A stretch of DNA of 64,000 nucleotides, from NCBI GenBank assembly GCA_965644315.1, contig CBFFRQ010000056.1, positions 124,001-188,000 of the forward strand, written 5' to 3'. Position numbers and translations under genes: made by a program. This DNA comes from Caecitellus pseudoparvulus (taxonomy: Eukaryota; Protista; Bigyra: Bicosoecida). Positions within the stretch are counted from its first letter, which is position 1. The number at the start of each line of letters is the position of its first letter. Below are positions 25,188 through 36,549 of the stretch, one piece after another. The notes beneath the pieces are model-generated. The model was not told the DNA's origin and did no database searches. It saw only the letters and a list, made by a program, of their open reading frames with translations.

Positions 25188-26942
25188 ATGGCCAGCGACG
25201 AGGGCAGCACGGCGCCTGCGGCCATTCCCCGCCCTGGCGGGGCAAGCCTCCCCGACCAGGACCTCGCAAGGCAACTGGAGTTGCAACAAACGTTGGGTGA
25301 AGAAGATGGCGGGGAGCATGGTGCTACAGAGGCCAGTCTGGAGCGCACTCAGCAGCGAATGAGCGGTCCAATTTCCGCACAGGCCGACGGAACGAGCCCT
25401 GCCATGCCCCCAGCGGCACAAGAAGGTGACACTGGAACACATGCAAGTGAAGGCACACATACTGCACCAGCCATCCCACCCGCTGTTGCGGCAGCCAGTG
25501 CTCGTGCTGACGAGTCACGCAGCGCTGGCTTCGTGCCGGCGGTGGCCAAGCCTGGCTCACCAGTTTGCATGATTGTGCTGGGCATGGCTGGCAGCGGCAA
25601 GACAACCCTGATGCAGCGCATGTACTCCCACGTGCATGGTCGGGCTTGGCCGGCTTACTCGCTGAACCTGGACCCTGCCGTCATGCACATGCCCTTCACG
25701 CCCAACATTGACATTCGCGACAGTGTCAAGTATAAGGAGGTGATGAAGACGTATGGGCTGGGGCCCAATGGCGCCATCATGACTTCCTTGAACCTCTTTT
25801 CGACCCGTTTCGACCAGGTGCTGAGCCTGGTCGAGAAGAGGGCCGCCACGACGCAGTACTGCCTCGTGGACACGCCTGGGCAGATCGAGGTGTTCACGTG
25901 GTCGGCATCGGGCGCCATCATCACAGACATGCTGGCCAGCACCATGCCCACCGTGCTGGTGTATGTGGTGGATGCGCCCCGGTCCACCTCCCCCGTCACC
26001 TTCATGTCCAACATGCTGTATGCGTGCAGCATCATGTACAAGACGCAGCTGCCGTTCGTGGTGGCGCTGAACAAGTCCGACGTTGCCAACCCAGACTTTG
26101 CCGTGGAGTGGATGCAGGACTTCGAGGCATTCCAGGCTGCCCTGGATGCCTACGCAGACGAGTCGTACGTGTCCAACCTCACGCGCAGCATGTCCCTGGT
26201 GCTGGACGAGTTCTACTCAGTCATCACTGCCGTGCCTGTGTCGGCTGCCACCGGGGCTGGTATGGATGAGTTGTTTGCAGCAGTGGATGATGCTGCTGCG
26301 CAGTACAATGCTGAGTACAAGCCTCGGCTGGATGCCGCTGCCGCCAAGCGCGCTGCGGCGGAGGCTGCGTCGAAAGGAGCCAACTTGGCGCGCCTGCAGA
26401 AGGACATGGGTGTGCCGGACGAGGCTCTGGAGGGGGCGGTGGAGGGTACCTCGGAGCCTCACTTGACCATGGCAGATGTGGCAGCTCTGGGGGCTGAGGA
26501 TATGGGAGCCGTGCCTAACGTCGGCGTGCAGCGACCTACAGGCGCCACTGGCCGTGCTCTGGGAGCTCAAACGGGGGCCATGGCACTCGGCGTCGGGCCA
26601 GCTGTGGCTGGCACCATGACGGCGGCAGACCAAGCCGCTGCTGACCGGGCAGAGGCGATGATGGCGGCTGGTGTGCTTGCCAAGGACATGCCAGCTGCGG
26701 CTGGGGCGCAGGTTGAAGCTGGGCCCGTGCAAGGTGCACCAAGAGGCAGCATGCTGGATGATAGGGGTGTCTCTGGCACTGTCAGGCCCTCTGCTGCAGC
26801 GCCTGCAAGCCCGGAGTCGGAAGCTGGAGCGGAGGACGCCGAGTATCTGGCCGCTGAGGCCGCAGAGTACGCTGCCTCCCAGGAGTGGATCGCTGCTATG
26901 AAGGCCAGGACTGCCAAAACGACCGAGTCCTCGCAGGAATAG
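25188..26942 (+). CDS. GPN1: GPN-loop GTPase 1 (Npa3/XAB1)
   Basis: [57 protein letters not shown]. Confidence 0.96.
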   Translation: MASDEGSTAPAAIPRPGGASLPDQDLARQLELQQTLGEEDGGEHGATEASLERTQQRMSGPISAQADGTSPAMPPAAQEGDTGTHASEGTHTAPAIPPAVAAASARADESRSAGFVPAVAKPGSPVCMIVLGMAGSGKTTLMQRMYSHVHGRAWPAYSLNLDPAVMHMPFTPNIDIRDSVKYKEVMKTYGLGPNGAIMTSLNLFSTRFDQVLSLVEKRAATTQYCLVDTPGQIEVFTWSASGAIITDMLASTMPTVLVYVVDAPRSTSPVTFMSNMLYACSIMYKTQLPFVVALNKSDVANPDFAVEWMQDFEAFQAALDAYADESYVSNLTRSMSLVLDEFYSVITAVPVSAATGAGMDELFAAVDDAAAQYNAEYKPRLDAAAAKRAAAEAASKGANLARLQKDMGVPDEALEGAVEGTSEPHLTMADVAALGAEDMGAVPNVGVQRPTGATGRALGAQTGAMALGVGPAVAGTMTAADQAAADRAEAMMAAGVLAKDMPAAAGAQVEAGPVQGAPRGSMLDDRGVSGTVRPSAAAPASPESEAGAEDAEYLAAEAAEYAASQEWIAAMKARTAKTTESSQE

Positions 26943-27209
26943 GCCGTTGCTCGGCGTGAGGAATGCATGTCTCCGGCTCCCTGCAAGGTTGGCTGCAGGT
27001 CGCAGGGTGCATTGGTGCTGGCAAACCTCGAGGCGGCCCAAAATCGACGCGCTGACATCGTTTGGCGTGACTCCAGGAGGATTTGTGTGGAGCGCCCCCC
27101 CTTCTCAAGGCTTGTTTGCTCAGTTTTGGGCTCTCGCTTGTGCCGCAAGTTCTCGGCCGGAAGCTCGCCGGCACGCCGCATCGCTGGGCTCTGGGCACCC
27201 CAAGTCAGC

Positions 27210-28433
27210 ATGCCGAGGTATGAGAAGCGTGCCCTCACCGCCATTGAAGGTAATTCCTGATGTTCCCCTGCTTCCCTCTTCGCAGGCGGAAGGCAGCTTC
27301 CGTGTCCAGCGGGGGCTTTGAGTTCCAGCCCGTGGAGGAGGGCGGCAGCAAGAGCAGTGCACCAAGCAAGTCTGGCCGAGGCACGAAGCGTGCAGCCAGC
27401 AGGTCCAAGTCCACCTCTGCGCCCAAGCGGCAACGTTCTGATAAGAGCAAGACATCCACAACAAAGGGCAAGCCTGTGGCGTCTAAGCGTGGCTCGGGGG
27501 GTGCGAGTGAGTTGCGCCTGGCGTTTTGCGTAACGCCAGGCGTCCCTTGGCAAGGCGAACGTCCCCTGCCCGCGCAGAGGCCAAGGCGAGGGAAGCCCAG
27601 ATGGAGCTCATTCGCAAGCTCGTGCCATCTGCAGAGGAGACACCTTTTATCAGGCTGTCACTCCTCTTGCAGAACGTGATTCAGCACGTCTTGGAGGAGA
27701 TGCATGCAGGTGGCGCTGCTGCCGAGGTGGTGGACGCAGGTGCGCACGCGAAGCGACCTGCGCAGGACTGCCTGCCACGCTGCACACACACTCCTGCATT
27801 GCATTGCCCCCATGCCAGCTGCTGAGGTTGGCCAGACCTTCGTGGACTACTTGCCTGATTGGGGGGCAGAGCAAATCGAGCAGCTGCAAAAAGAGCACCC
27901 TCCCGTGAGTGCCGCACCGCGTGTCGAGGTTGCGCCGCAGCACCCAGCACGCATCCCCGCCCCCTGCCATGCAGGTGATCATTCCGAACCCCGAGAACCA
28001 AGCCCTGCGGTCCCGCCTGGCAGCGCTGCAGCAGCTGGCGGAAGGTTTCCGCTCCGAGCTCGCCACGCTGCAAGCCAGCAAGGCGGCCGTGGAAGCAGAG
28101 GCAGCGGCACTGCGGGACGCGCCGCTGCCACTGTCGGACGACGTGGCACTGGATGAGGAGGGCAAGGCGCTGCTGTCCAAGGCCTCCCAGCGCCTGGCCA
28201 AGCTCCGCAGCACGCTGGGGGAGGCGGGCGAGACGCTGGAGCTGCAGGCTGACGCCATCCAGCAGTTGGTGGTCGCAGCAGACGCTGCTGGCGCCAGCAT
28301 GAACGCCCTCACAACGACAGTCGCAGGCAAGGCCCGCGCAGAAGGCTTCAAGGCGTACGACTACGTGGAGAAGCCACAGCGCCTGCTGAAGAAGATGTTG
28401 GCAAGGGCGGGCGGGGACGGCAAGGGCCAGTGA
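27210..28433 (+). CDS. Putative Dsn1/Mis13-like kinetochore (MIS12 complex) coiled-coil protein; exons 27210-27217, 27286-27500, 27578-27739, 27819-27904, 27975-28433
   Basis: Four in-phase GT-AG introns give MPRRKAASVSSGGFEF, a basic S/K/R region, IRKLVP...FIRLSLLL, PNPEN and a long coiled coil. The GFxF and PNPxN motifs resemble Dsn1. Gene model is good; identity is tentative. Confidence 0.5.
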
Positions 28434-28463
28434 GGGGGCTGTGGGCCTGCAATGCACGCGTGA

Positions 28464-29485
28464 CTACCAGACGCCGGGCAGGATTCGCCAGGGGCTGGGC
28501 GTGCAGTCGAACTTGCGTGCATACCAGGCGTGTGTCGCGGTGGCGGTGAGGGAGAGGTTGGTGACGACCCACACCACCAGCAAGAGCAGGGGCGCTGTGC
28601 CCCCGCCCAGCAGTGCCAGGCCGACATAAATCGCAATTTCAGCGGTGTAGTGTGGAGAAGAAGATAGCCAGAACATACCGCCTGAGGGCAAGGCGTACTT
28701 GCCCACCACTTTCACGCCGGGAGGGGGCGGGTCGCTGCGCAGGTTGGCCAGCTGGACGTGTGCGACATGCTGCCCGGCCTGGCCCACCAGCATGCAGGCC
28801 ACACCGCACCAAAACAAGGCCTGCTGCAGGGAGGTCCCTGCCAAGTCAGCTCGTGGGAGCAGGGCCCAGAGGGGTGCAGCTGCTGTGGCACAGTCGTCAG
28901 AAGGGCGAGCAAGCAGCAGGGACAGCGTGGCTGCCGCATAGTGCAGCAGCCCGACAACCAGCACGACGAGATGCATGGTAGCGTCGGACCAGCGGTGCAC
29001 GAAGGTGCACTCTGCCCAGCGGCGTGCGAGGTGGCACAGCCACAGCAGCACCACCACATCCTGCGCAGGCACGGCCGCTGCCCAGGATGCAAGCTGCCAT
29101 GAATCTCCAGCCGCCAAAGCTGTGCCGAAGAAGGCGCACAGGCCGAGAACGAACGCAGTGATGTAATACTGAATGAAGTAGCTCTTCTGCACCTTCAAGT
29201 TCTGTGGCACAGGAGCATACATGGACGGTGAAAGCCTCAAAAGGCGTCCCTGCGGAAACTGGTACTCACAGCCAACGTTGAAGCTGGGGAGGCAGCTGAA
29301 GCGGAGACGCTGGACTTGCCATACTTCGTCAAGGGGTCCAGCGCGGGGAAAGCTGTGAGCACCACTGCGAGCAGGATGCACACGACCCAGAACCCGCAGG
29401 CCAGGCCCTCTGGGTCCACGAGCTGTCGCAGTGTGGCGAGCCACTTCGCCGACGCAGCTTGACAGGCAAGCGACGCAGTGGCCAT
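28464..29485 (-). CDS. SRD5A3: Polyprenol reductase / steroid 5-alpha-reductase family (SRD5A3/Dfg10); exons 29485-29270, 29201-28464
   Basis: KYGK, LKVQKSYFIQYY, HLARRWAEC, MH..GLLHY, HVQLANLR, YALPSGGMF..SSPHYTAEI, NL..TA..TH.WY. Multiple TM segments. Confidence 0.88.
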
Positions 29486-29523
29486 GGCTGCTGGCGAGGA
29501 AGCAGTCGCTGCTGTGCATGCAT

Positions 29524-31360
29524 TCACCCCTTCACCACCGCGATGGGTCGGAGTTTGATGGCCTTGTTGGAAATGCCGGCTTCATGGCAAGTGTCCACGA
29601 CCGCCGTGACGTCTTTGTAGCTCTCTGGCGCCTCCTCCATGACCAGCTTGGGGCTGGCCACGCGAATGGAGATGCCCTTCTCCTCCAGGCGGCCCAGAAC
29701 GCCTTCATAGTCCAGTGTGCGCCGAGAGTGTGCCCGTGACGCGGCACGCCCCGCGCCGTGACAGGTGGACCCGAACGTCTCCTGCATGCCCACCTCTGTT
29801 CCCGTGAGAACGTAGGAACAGGTGCCCATGGTGCCTCCGATGAGCACGGGCTGCCCCGTGAACTGGTAGTCCACGGGGATGCTGGGGTGGTGCGGCGCGA
29901 AGGCGCGCGTGGAGCCCTTGCGGTGCACCAGCAGGCGCCGGGGCTTGCCGTCCACCAAGTGCTCCTCCACCTTGGCGATGTTGTGGGAGACGTCGTAGAT
30001 GAGGTGCATGTCCAGGTCGTCTGGCGTGCTGTCGAACTGCTTCGCGAAGGCCTGGCGGGCGAGGAAGGTCATGCTGGACCGGTTCACCCACGCGTAGTTC
30101 GCGGCGGCGCCCATGGCGGCGAGGTAGTCCTGCCCCTCCTGGCTGCCGATTCGCGCACAGGCCAGCTGGCGGTCGTTCGTGACGATTCCGTCCCGGGCCA
30201 TGGCCCTCTCCATGCTGACGAGGGCGTCGGTGGCCACTTGGTGCCCCAGGCCGCGGCTGCCGGAGTGGATCATGATCACCACCTGCCCCTCAAAGTCAAT
30301 GCCCATCCGGTCCGCCGCTGCCTTGTCGAAGATCTCCTCCACAACTTGGATCTCTGCGTAGTGGTTCCCCGCGCCCAGCGTGCCCAGCTGCGGCAGGCCT
30401 CGCTTCTTGGCGCGCCGGGACACCTTGGCTGGGTCAGCCGTCAGCATGCGACCGTACTCCTCCACGTGCTCCTTGTCCTCTGCCCACGCATACCCCTCCC
30501 GCAAGGACCAGTCCATGCCCAGCTCCAGAGCGTCTTCCAGGTCAGAGGCAGACGTGGGAATGATGCCCTTCGAGCCCACCCCCACGGGGATGTGGTCAAA
30601 TAGTGACTGAGTCAGCTTTTCCTGCGGGGCACACGGCAGGTCTGCGTGCTGGGTTGACCGAAGCCCACGGTGACCTGCGCCGGCACCACACCTGCACGGG
30701 CTTGACGTCCTTCTCGGACAAGTTGGTCCGGATCAGGCGCACGCCACAGTTGATGTCAAATCCAACGCCCCCCGGCGATACGACTGCCAACGGGTCGTCC
30801 ATGTCAACTGCACGTGAACGCAGCAAGGAGAGGCGGTGCGTTTGGACTGCCAGCGATGGCCGCTGCTCAGGACGCACAGGCAGCGACGTTCCCGATTGCA
30901 AAGCCATAGCCCGAGTGCACATCAGGCAGTCCGATGGAGCGCTGTGGAGGGAGTTGGGGGCGGTTTGCTCGTGGACTGGCACACTGGCGCCGTCGCTGCA
31001 CGGACCTTGACGATGCCGGGCAGGGCCGCGACGTTTGAGATCTGTTTCATGGCTGGCAAGAAGCCGCCGTAGCCAGACTTTGTGCAGTACTGCTGCAGCT
31101 CCTCGAACATGAGTTCCTTCAGCTTGGAGTTCACGTAGAAGATGCCAGGCACCTGGGAAGGCAGGCGGAGTGCTGGCGTGGCCAGGCTGGCGTGGTCACT
31201 GCCTGGCTTGCTGCCGACTCACGTTCATGTTGGGCACGAAGCCTTGGTCGATGGTGAAGGACACGTCATCTCGAGCTTTGATGAATGCGAGCTCCTCTTC
31301 GTACGTGCGCACGACTCCCTTCGTAGCAGAGGCTGAGCTGCCGTCGGCAGCAGCCGCCAT
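29524..31360 (-). CDS. RTCB: RNA-splicing ligase RtcB; exons 31360-31223, 31152-31006, 30941-30878, 30807-30692, 30621-29524
   Basis: Spliced [81 protein letters not shown]. Confidence 0.97.
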
Positions 31361-31734
31361 GGAGTGCGGAACTTGGGCGCAGCCAGACCAGGAAGGATGG
31401 CGCGGGGAAAGGGCTGAGTCCAGGCAGTGCTGCAGGGCTGGGAAAGGTGTTGTTCGGGGTTTTAATGCGGTTTTGATTGACACGTTGTGGTGAGGCTAGA
31501 TTGTCTGGCTCTGCCTCGAAGTGCCGCAGCCAACTTCTGCGCTTGCTGCTCTCACCAGTCCGAGGCCCTGTGGCGGCCTGGAGGGTATTCTCCCCGAGAC
31601 AAATTCCCAAGCCAGGCATTCTTCCCCAGACTCAAACATTCCTGCATCCCCGGCGGCTTTCCTGCTGTGCTCGCCCTGCGAAGGCCTGCGCCGCTTTCCG
31701 ACAGCGTCACGGCCATCATTTTCCGCAGACAGGC
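31361..31734. promoter_or_regulatory. Divergent intergenic region between RtcB and the PRMT-like gene
   Basis: A TTCCGCA motif lies immediately upstream of each ATG in its sense orientation (31365-31373 and 31719-31727). Confidence 0.55.
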
Positions 31735-33547
31735 ATGGCAGAAGGCGCCTCTGGCGCGCCCAGTGCGCTGACTTGCGAGCTGGGCGTGCAAGTGAGAGAC
31801 CTCCTCGCTGCCTGTAAACTGCAAGGAGCGGTGGAGCACTGCCAATCTGCCCTGTCAGCCGCTGCGGCCGCAGGGGACAGCGAAGGCGTGTACCAAGCCA
31901 GCATGTGGCTTTCGCACACTTCCAAGCTGCTCATGCTGGCCAGCCGCGGGGGCCGCAACGTGCACGACAGCGCGGCAGAGTACGACAGCCTGTCCATGGA
32001 GCTGTTTCTGTACGAGTCCATGGACATGCACCTGTCGTTTCTGGCCGACAAGGAGCGCAACGAGGCGTTTGAGCTGGCGCTGGCGCGCACAGTGAAGCCT
32101 GACTCGCACGTCTTCGAGGTCGGCACTGGCACGGGCCTGCTTGCCATGCTTGCTGCCAAGGCGGGCGCGGCCTCTGTCCACGCCTGTGAGCGTGTGCCTT
32201 GGGTGGCTGAGCAGGCTGCCAAGGCGGTGCAGGCCAACGGGTTGGCGGCACAGGTGACGGTGCTGGCAGCTGGCAGCGAAGGTGTCGCACTGGCCGACTT
32301 GCCGGCTTCAGCGCATCCCCGCGTGGAGCCTGTGGGCCACCTGCCTCGGGCAGCCACTCTTCTGCTCAGCGAGATCGTCGGGAACGCACTGGTGGACGAG
32401 GGTATGTGCGGTATCCTGAACGACGCAGCCACGAGGCTGTTGGCGCGAGCCGTGCCTGGCGCCCCCAGCGCCCTGCCGGCGCAGTCTGTCGCAGCAGGTG
32501 CTGGCGCAGGTGCTGCAGGCTCTGCCCCTGGCATCGCACCTCTTCCCCTGGCTGGCACCTTCCCCGGCATACCCTGTGGCGCACGGCTGGTGGGCGTGGT
32601 GGTGGAGGGGGACGGCCTGGCCGTGCCCGGGCCAGGGGACGCCCTCACCGAGCGCAAGGCCTTCGATGCGCCTGTGAAGAAGCGGCCTCACGGCCTGGAC
32701 TTCGCCGCCTTCAACAGTCTCATCCCCGAGCGCGGGCTGGGCGACGACGTCGTGGCAGGCGCTGAGGGCCCCACGGCGGATGACTTTGAAGAGGAGTTCA
32801 TGTGGACAAAGCAGTACCTTGCTCCGTGCGTACCTGTGCGGCGCCTGCCTGCCTGGGTCCGCACCTGACATGCTCCGTGGTGCATGCACGCAGTGCCACT
32901 TCCCCCCCCACCCTTGCAGAGACGTGTACGACGACCCGGAGTGGCAGCACCGCTTCCTCTCCCGCCCTTTCGAGCTGTTTACGTTTGACTTCACAAGTGG
33001 CAATGTTCCGCTGCACGGCCGCACGTCAGTGCAGGTGCCTACCATTGCGTCAGGCACCGCCCACGCTGTGCTGGTGTGGCAAGAGCTGCAGATGGACCCC
33101 GCTGGCACCGTGTGGTTGACCACCTGTCCAAAGGCGCTGCGCAGCCAACGAGGCCTGTGGTCCTCCGACCTGGACGGCGCCAAGCCCAAGAAGAAGCCCA
33201 AGAAGAAGAAGAAGAAGGGCGCCACTGCCCCGGCAGAGGAGCAGCCGACGCCCGCCACGCCCAAGGAAGCCGCCCTGCCCACGAAGGTGTTTGCCGCCAA
33301 GAATTGGGCAGTGCGCATGAGCACCCTGCTGCCTCAACCCAAGGTGCAGGGGCTGGGGAAGGACTCCCTCGCCATCACGGCCGCCTACGCCGACGGCGTG
33401 GGCGTGCACGTGGACGTGGACTGGGCCTCCTCCACCCTGCGAGCCCCGCCCAAGCCCGCCGCCATCGCAGCTGCCCACGCATCTGCCGAGCCATCCATGG
33501 TGCTGGCGGCCATGCCCCCGCCTCCGCCGGCAGGAGCCCAAGCCTGA
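31735..33547 (+). CDS. PRMT7/PRMT9-like SAM-dependent protein methyltransferase; exons 31735-32825, 32920-33547
   Basis: HLSFLADKERN.AF, VFEVGTGTGLLAMLAA.AGA, ACE, double-E loop SEIVGNALVDEG, LSRPFELFTFDF, GTAHAVLVW. Confidence 0.82.
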
Positions 33548-33591
33548 GCCTGGCGGGCAGCGCCGGCCCTTGGTGCATTGCGTCTCAGTCT

Positions 33592-34531
33592 CTACAATGC
33601 AGCCTTCTTGGCTGCCTTTGCTTCAGCTTTAGCTGCCTTCTTCGCGGCCTTCTTGGCCGCCTTTGCTTCGGCCTTGGCGGCCTTCTTGGCGGCTTTCTCT
33701 TCGGCTTTAGCTACCTTCTTCGCGGCCTTCTTGGCTGCTTTGGCCTCTACCTTAGCAGCCTTCTTCGCAGCCTTCTTGGCCTTCTTCGCAGCAGACTTTG
33801 AGCTGGCGTCAGCAACTTCATCCTCCGCAGCGTCAGTGGCACGGGCGCGCTTGGTGCCTCCCAGAGGTGCGGCTGCCGTGGCGCCGATGGAGGCGATGGG
33901 TGTGAAGGTGCTGGCGTCAGCCGCCACGCCCAGAATGGCGGCCAGGTCAGTCTTGGAGTACGACGTCACGTCTTTGTTCTTGAGCACCTTTGTGTACGCA
34001 ATCTTGTGACCCCGGGTGACAGAGGAAGACAGACTGCTGGCAGCGGGCTTGGTAGCAGAACCTGTGCCTTCCAGAGGCGGGGTGAGGCGCCAGTAAGGTC
34101 GCAGATCTGCGTCGACACGCACCATGGTGGGCCTTCAGACTTGAAAGCACCTTAGCAAAACTGTTGAAGCCCTCTTTCAGGGTGTTGTTCCCCGTGCGAT
34201 CAGCGTCAAGGCCGATTCCTGCAGGGCGGCGCAACCGAATTCCGCAACTGGTCCCATACCCACGCCGGTGCAGACGCACCTGTGTTGTCTCCACGCACTG
34301 CGATCTTGACATGGGCCACCCTCCCGTCCAAGTTCTTGCCCAGGCCCTTGCCTTGCGACCACCCCATTTTCTCCAGCATCTTGAAGCCGAAGTTGCTGCG
34401 GTCTGCGGAAAACGGCGCCAGGCTCCGTGTTCAAGCACGGGACAGTCCTGGCGGCCGCAGCGGTCGCGATGGAACGCACTCTTTGCCCAGGCAATGTTTT
34501 GAGTATCCTCCATGGGCTCTGTGGCTGCCAT
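33592..34531 (-). CDS. PINX1: G-patch protein PINX1/Pxr1 (Gno1); exons 34531-34480, 34402-34280, 34218-34123, 34061-33592
   Basis: Spliced QNIAWAK|NRSNFGFKMLEKMGWSQGKGLGKNLDG..GIG (G-patch) and YTKVLKNKDVTSYSKTDLAAILG. Lys/Ala-rich tail. Confidence 0.88.
33595..33795 (-). repeat. Low-complexity coding repeat (KAAKK/AEAKAAKK)n in the PINX1 C-terminus
   Basis: Degenerate gccttcttggc/cttcttcgc repeats on the + strand; translation KKAAKKAAKVEAKAAKKAAKK... Confidence 0.85.
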
Positions 34532-34752
34532 AGCTCCCTGTCCAAGCGGTGAATGCCTGCTCAGTCGGAGCAGCGCCCGTGCGACGACGAAGGCCTGCCT
34601 GCGAGGCGGCGTGCCAGCAAAGGCAATGCGGAGGGGGCTGCGAGGGGCTGAGGTGTGTGAGGAAGCTGCGCGGAGGATAGCGAGGTCGGCTGGGATTTGA
34701 GTGCATTGCAGGCACTGTCGCTCGGGGCGATGTCGTGGAGCGCCCAGGGAGG

Positions 34753-35465
34753 TCACTCGCCACGGCGCAGCAGCGGCAGCAGCTTGCGCTGCCCGCATGC
34801 CGACAGGAGCGTCACGAGGACCTCCGCCTCACCCTCCTCGAAGGTGTCCCGGATGCACGCATATTCCTGCGTGGTTGGCAGGAACACGCTCTCGCAGGCC
34901 CCATCCTCCGCCTGCAGACTGGCAAGCGGGAAGCCTTCTTCGCTCACATCCGACTCGTCAATGTCCATGAGCGTGAAGGTGCTTGTCGCCACGACAGGCA
35001 TGCGCATGGTGTGGTTGGTCGGGTGCCCTGCGTCGTGCACTTTCTTGCCTGAGAACAGGTCCACGCCCACGAAGTTCGCCTTGGCGTGTCCATGCTGTGC
35101 ATCGAGGTGGCAGCTGTGGGTTCCAATTCGGAGCGCATGGTGGCTGCGGTTGATATGGGGCACGCACCTTTCCCGGTTCACAATGTGTGACACTTGTGAT
35201 CTGTGCAGTTTGCGGAGTTTCGCTTGGGTAAGCGTGGTACCTGGCGGCGCAGATGCTCTGTTGGGATCCCGTTCCTCGCCTGGGTGGAACGGCGCGCACG
35301 CACCTTGCACGGGCGATCGCGGAGCATGGCGAAGGCTCCGACCTTCAAATCGCCCACACGAACAGGCTGTGTGAACGTTGTATCTGTGATGGTGCGCTTC
35401 GTGGGTGTTTCGCCGGGTTTCGTGGCAGGCGCGGGCAGCTGCAACGCACTGTCCTGGCTGGCCAT
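34753..35465 (-). CDS. EIF5A: Divergent eIF5A-family protein (~178 aa); exons 35465-35304, 35200-35168, 35094-34753
   Basis: Spliced sequence LKVGAFAMLRDRPCK|ITSVTHCEPGK|HGHAKANFVGVDLFSGKK...HTMRMPVV...TLMDID...VLVTLLSACGQ. Confidence 0.85.
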
Positions 35466-35781
35466 GTTGGTTGATATCCGAGGGGAGAAGGGGCGTCGTG
35501 AAGGAGGCGTTGCACAAGCTGTGAACGAAAGGGATTTATCTGGACGCATGCAATTGTGGGCTTGAGTTTTGCCGTTCCCTGTGCAAGGCCGCCGGCGAAG
35601 AGTGGACTGCAGGGGGGGGGTGCACGGAGCAGGGCGCCGAGGGGGGGGGTGTCCGCTGCTGCGACAGCGCGTTGCCTGCCCACAATCCGACCCGACATGG
35701 CTGTAGGATGTGCGCCCCCTGCTCCGTATCTCACGTTCAAGTTCTGTCCTGGTGACTTTGACCACGCTGCACACCACGGCC

Positions 35782-36180
35782 ATGCTGGCAAGCCAGCTGA
35801 GGCCTTGCGTCGCGGCCTCTTGGCGAGCTGGCTCCCGGGCAGCCACAGCGCGCAGCCCTGCGACGTTGGCCAGGGCGGGATGTGCAACTGTGCCCAGTGT
35901 AGCAGACGGGTCTGAGCCCTGGCGCCAAAGGGTTGTGGTGAAGCCGCTGGATGAGCTGCCTCCCATCGAGGACATCCCGCCTGTGTCAGAGCTGCCACCC
36001 ACTACCCAAGAAGCGGCAAACATGAAGTGGGAATTCTCCATGGGCGGGCTATCTCTTGTGATCATGCTCGGCACAGGATACCTGTTGCTGTACGAATTCG
36101 GGTACAGGCGCCGGCGGCTGGACACGGCGGCAAGCCACCGACCTTTGCAAGTGGAGCAGAGAGATGATGCGTCAGCGTAA
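35782..36180 (+). CDS. Small single-TM protein with a mitochondrial-presequence-like N-terminus, function unknown
   Basis: R/A/S-rich, acid-free N-terminus (MLASQLRP..WRAGSRAATAR); hydrophobic GGLSLVIMLGTGYLLLY followed by RRRR. Confidence 0.6.
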   Translation: MLASQLRPCVAASWRAGSRAATARSPATLARAGCATVPSVADGSEPWRQRVVVKPLDELPPIEDIPPVSELPPTTQEAANMKWEFSMGGLSLVIMLGTGYLLLYEFGYRRRRLDTAASHRPLQVEQRDDASA

Positions 36181-36549
36181 CGCGGTGGAAACGCAGGCCT
36201 CGCGAACGCAGACGCCGGACGTGCGCCCAGCTGCAGCCGGCACACAATGTGAGAACCATCCCCACATACTTTACGTGAGGTATGCCTGTACTGCCTGCAT
36301 TTCCTTCTTGCGCATGCGGGCTGTGGTGCATCTCGCTTGGTCAAGCTGGCTCAGACATTCGCAGCCGGCCCAAATGCAGCCACGCTTCACTTTCCACTCA
36401 CATTGGAGCGCCCTTTTCCACTTGAACACGAACACGACCCGGTAAGATTGCACTGTAGCGCACCTCTCCTCCGCGTTGCCAAGCGGCCAAGTCTTGCCTG
36501 CTTCGAAGCTCTTCCAGTGTCGAACTGGGCGCGAGAGCCAAGCGCTGCC

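Noticed and set aside
29329-29526. Stop read-through or selenocysteine at the RtcB TGA (followed directly by an in-frame ATG ORF)
   Set aside because: RtcB ends at its conserved C-terminus (PIAVVKG), the downstream ORF is out of frame with SRD5A3, and no SECIS is evident.
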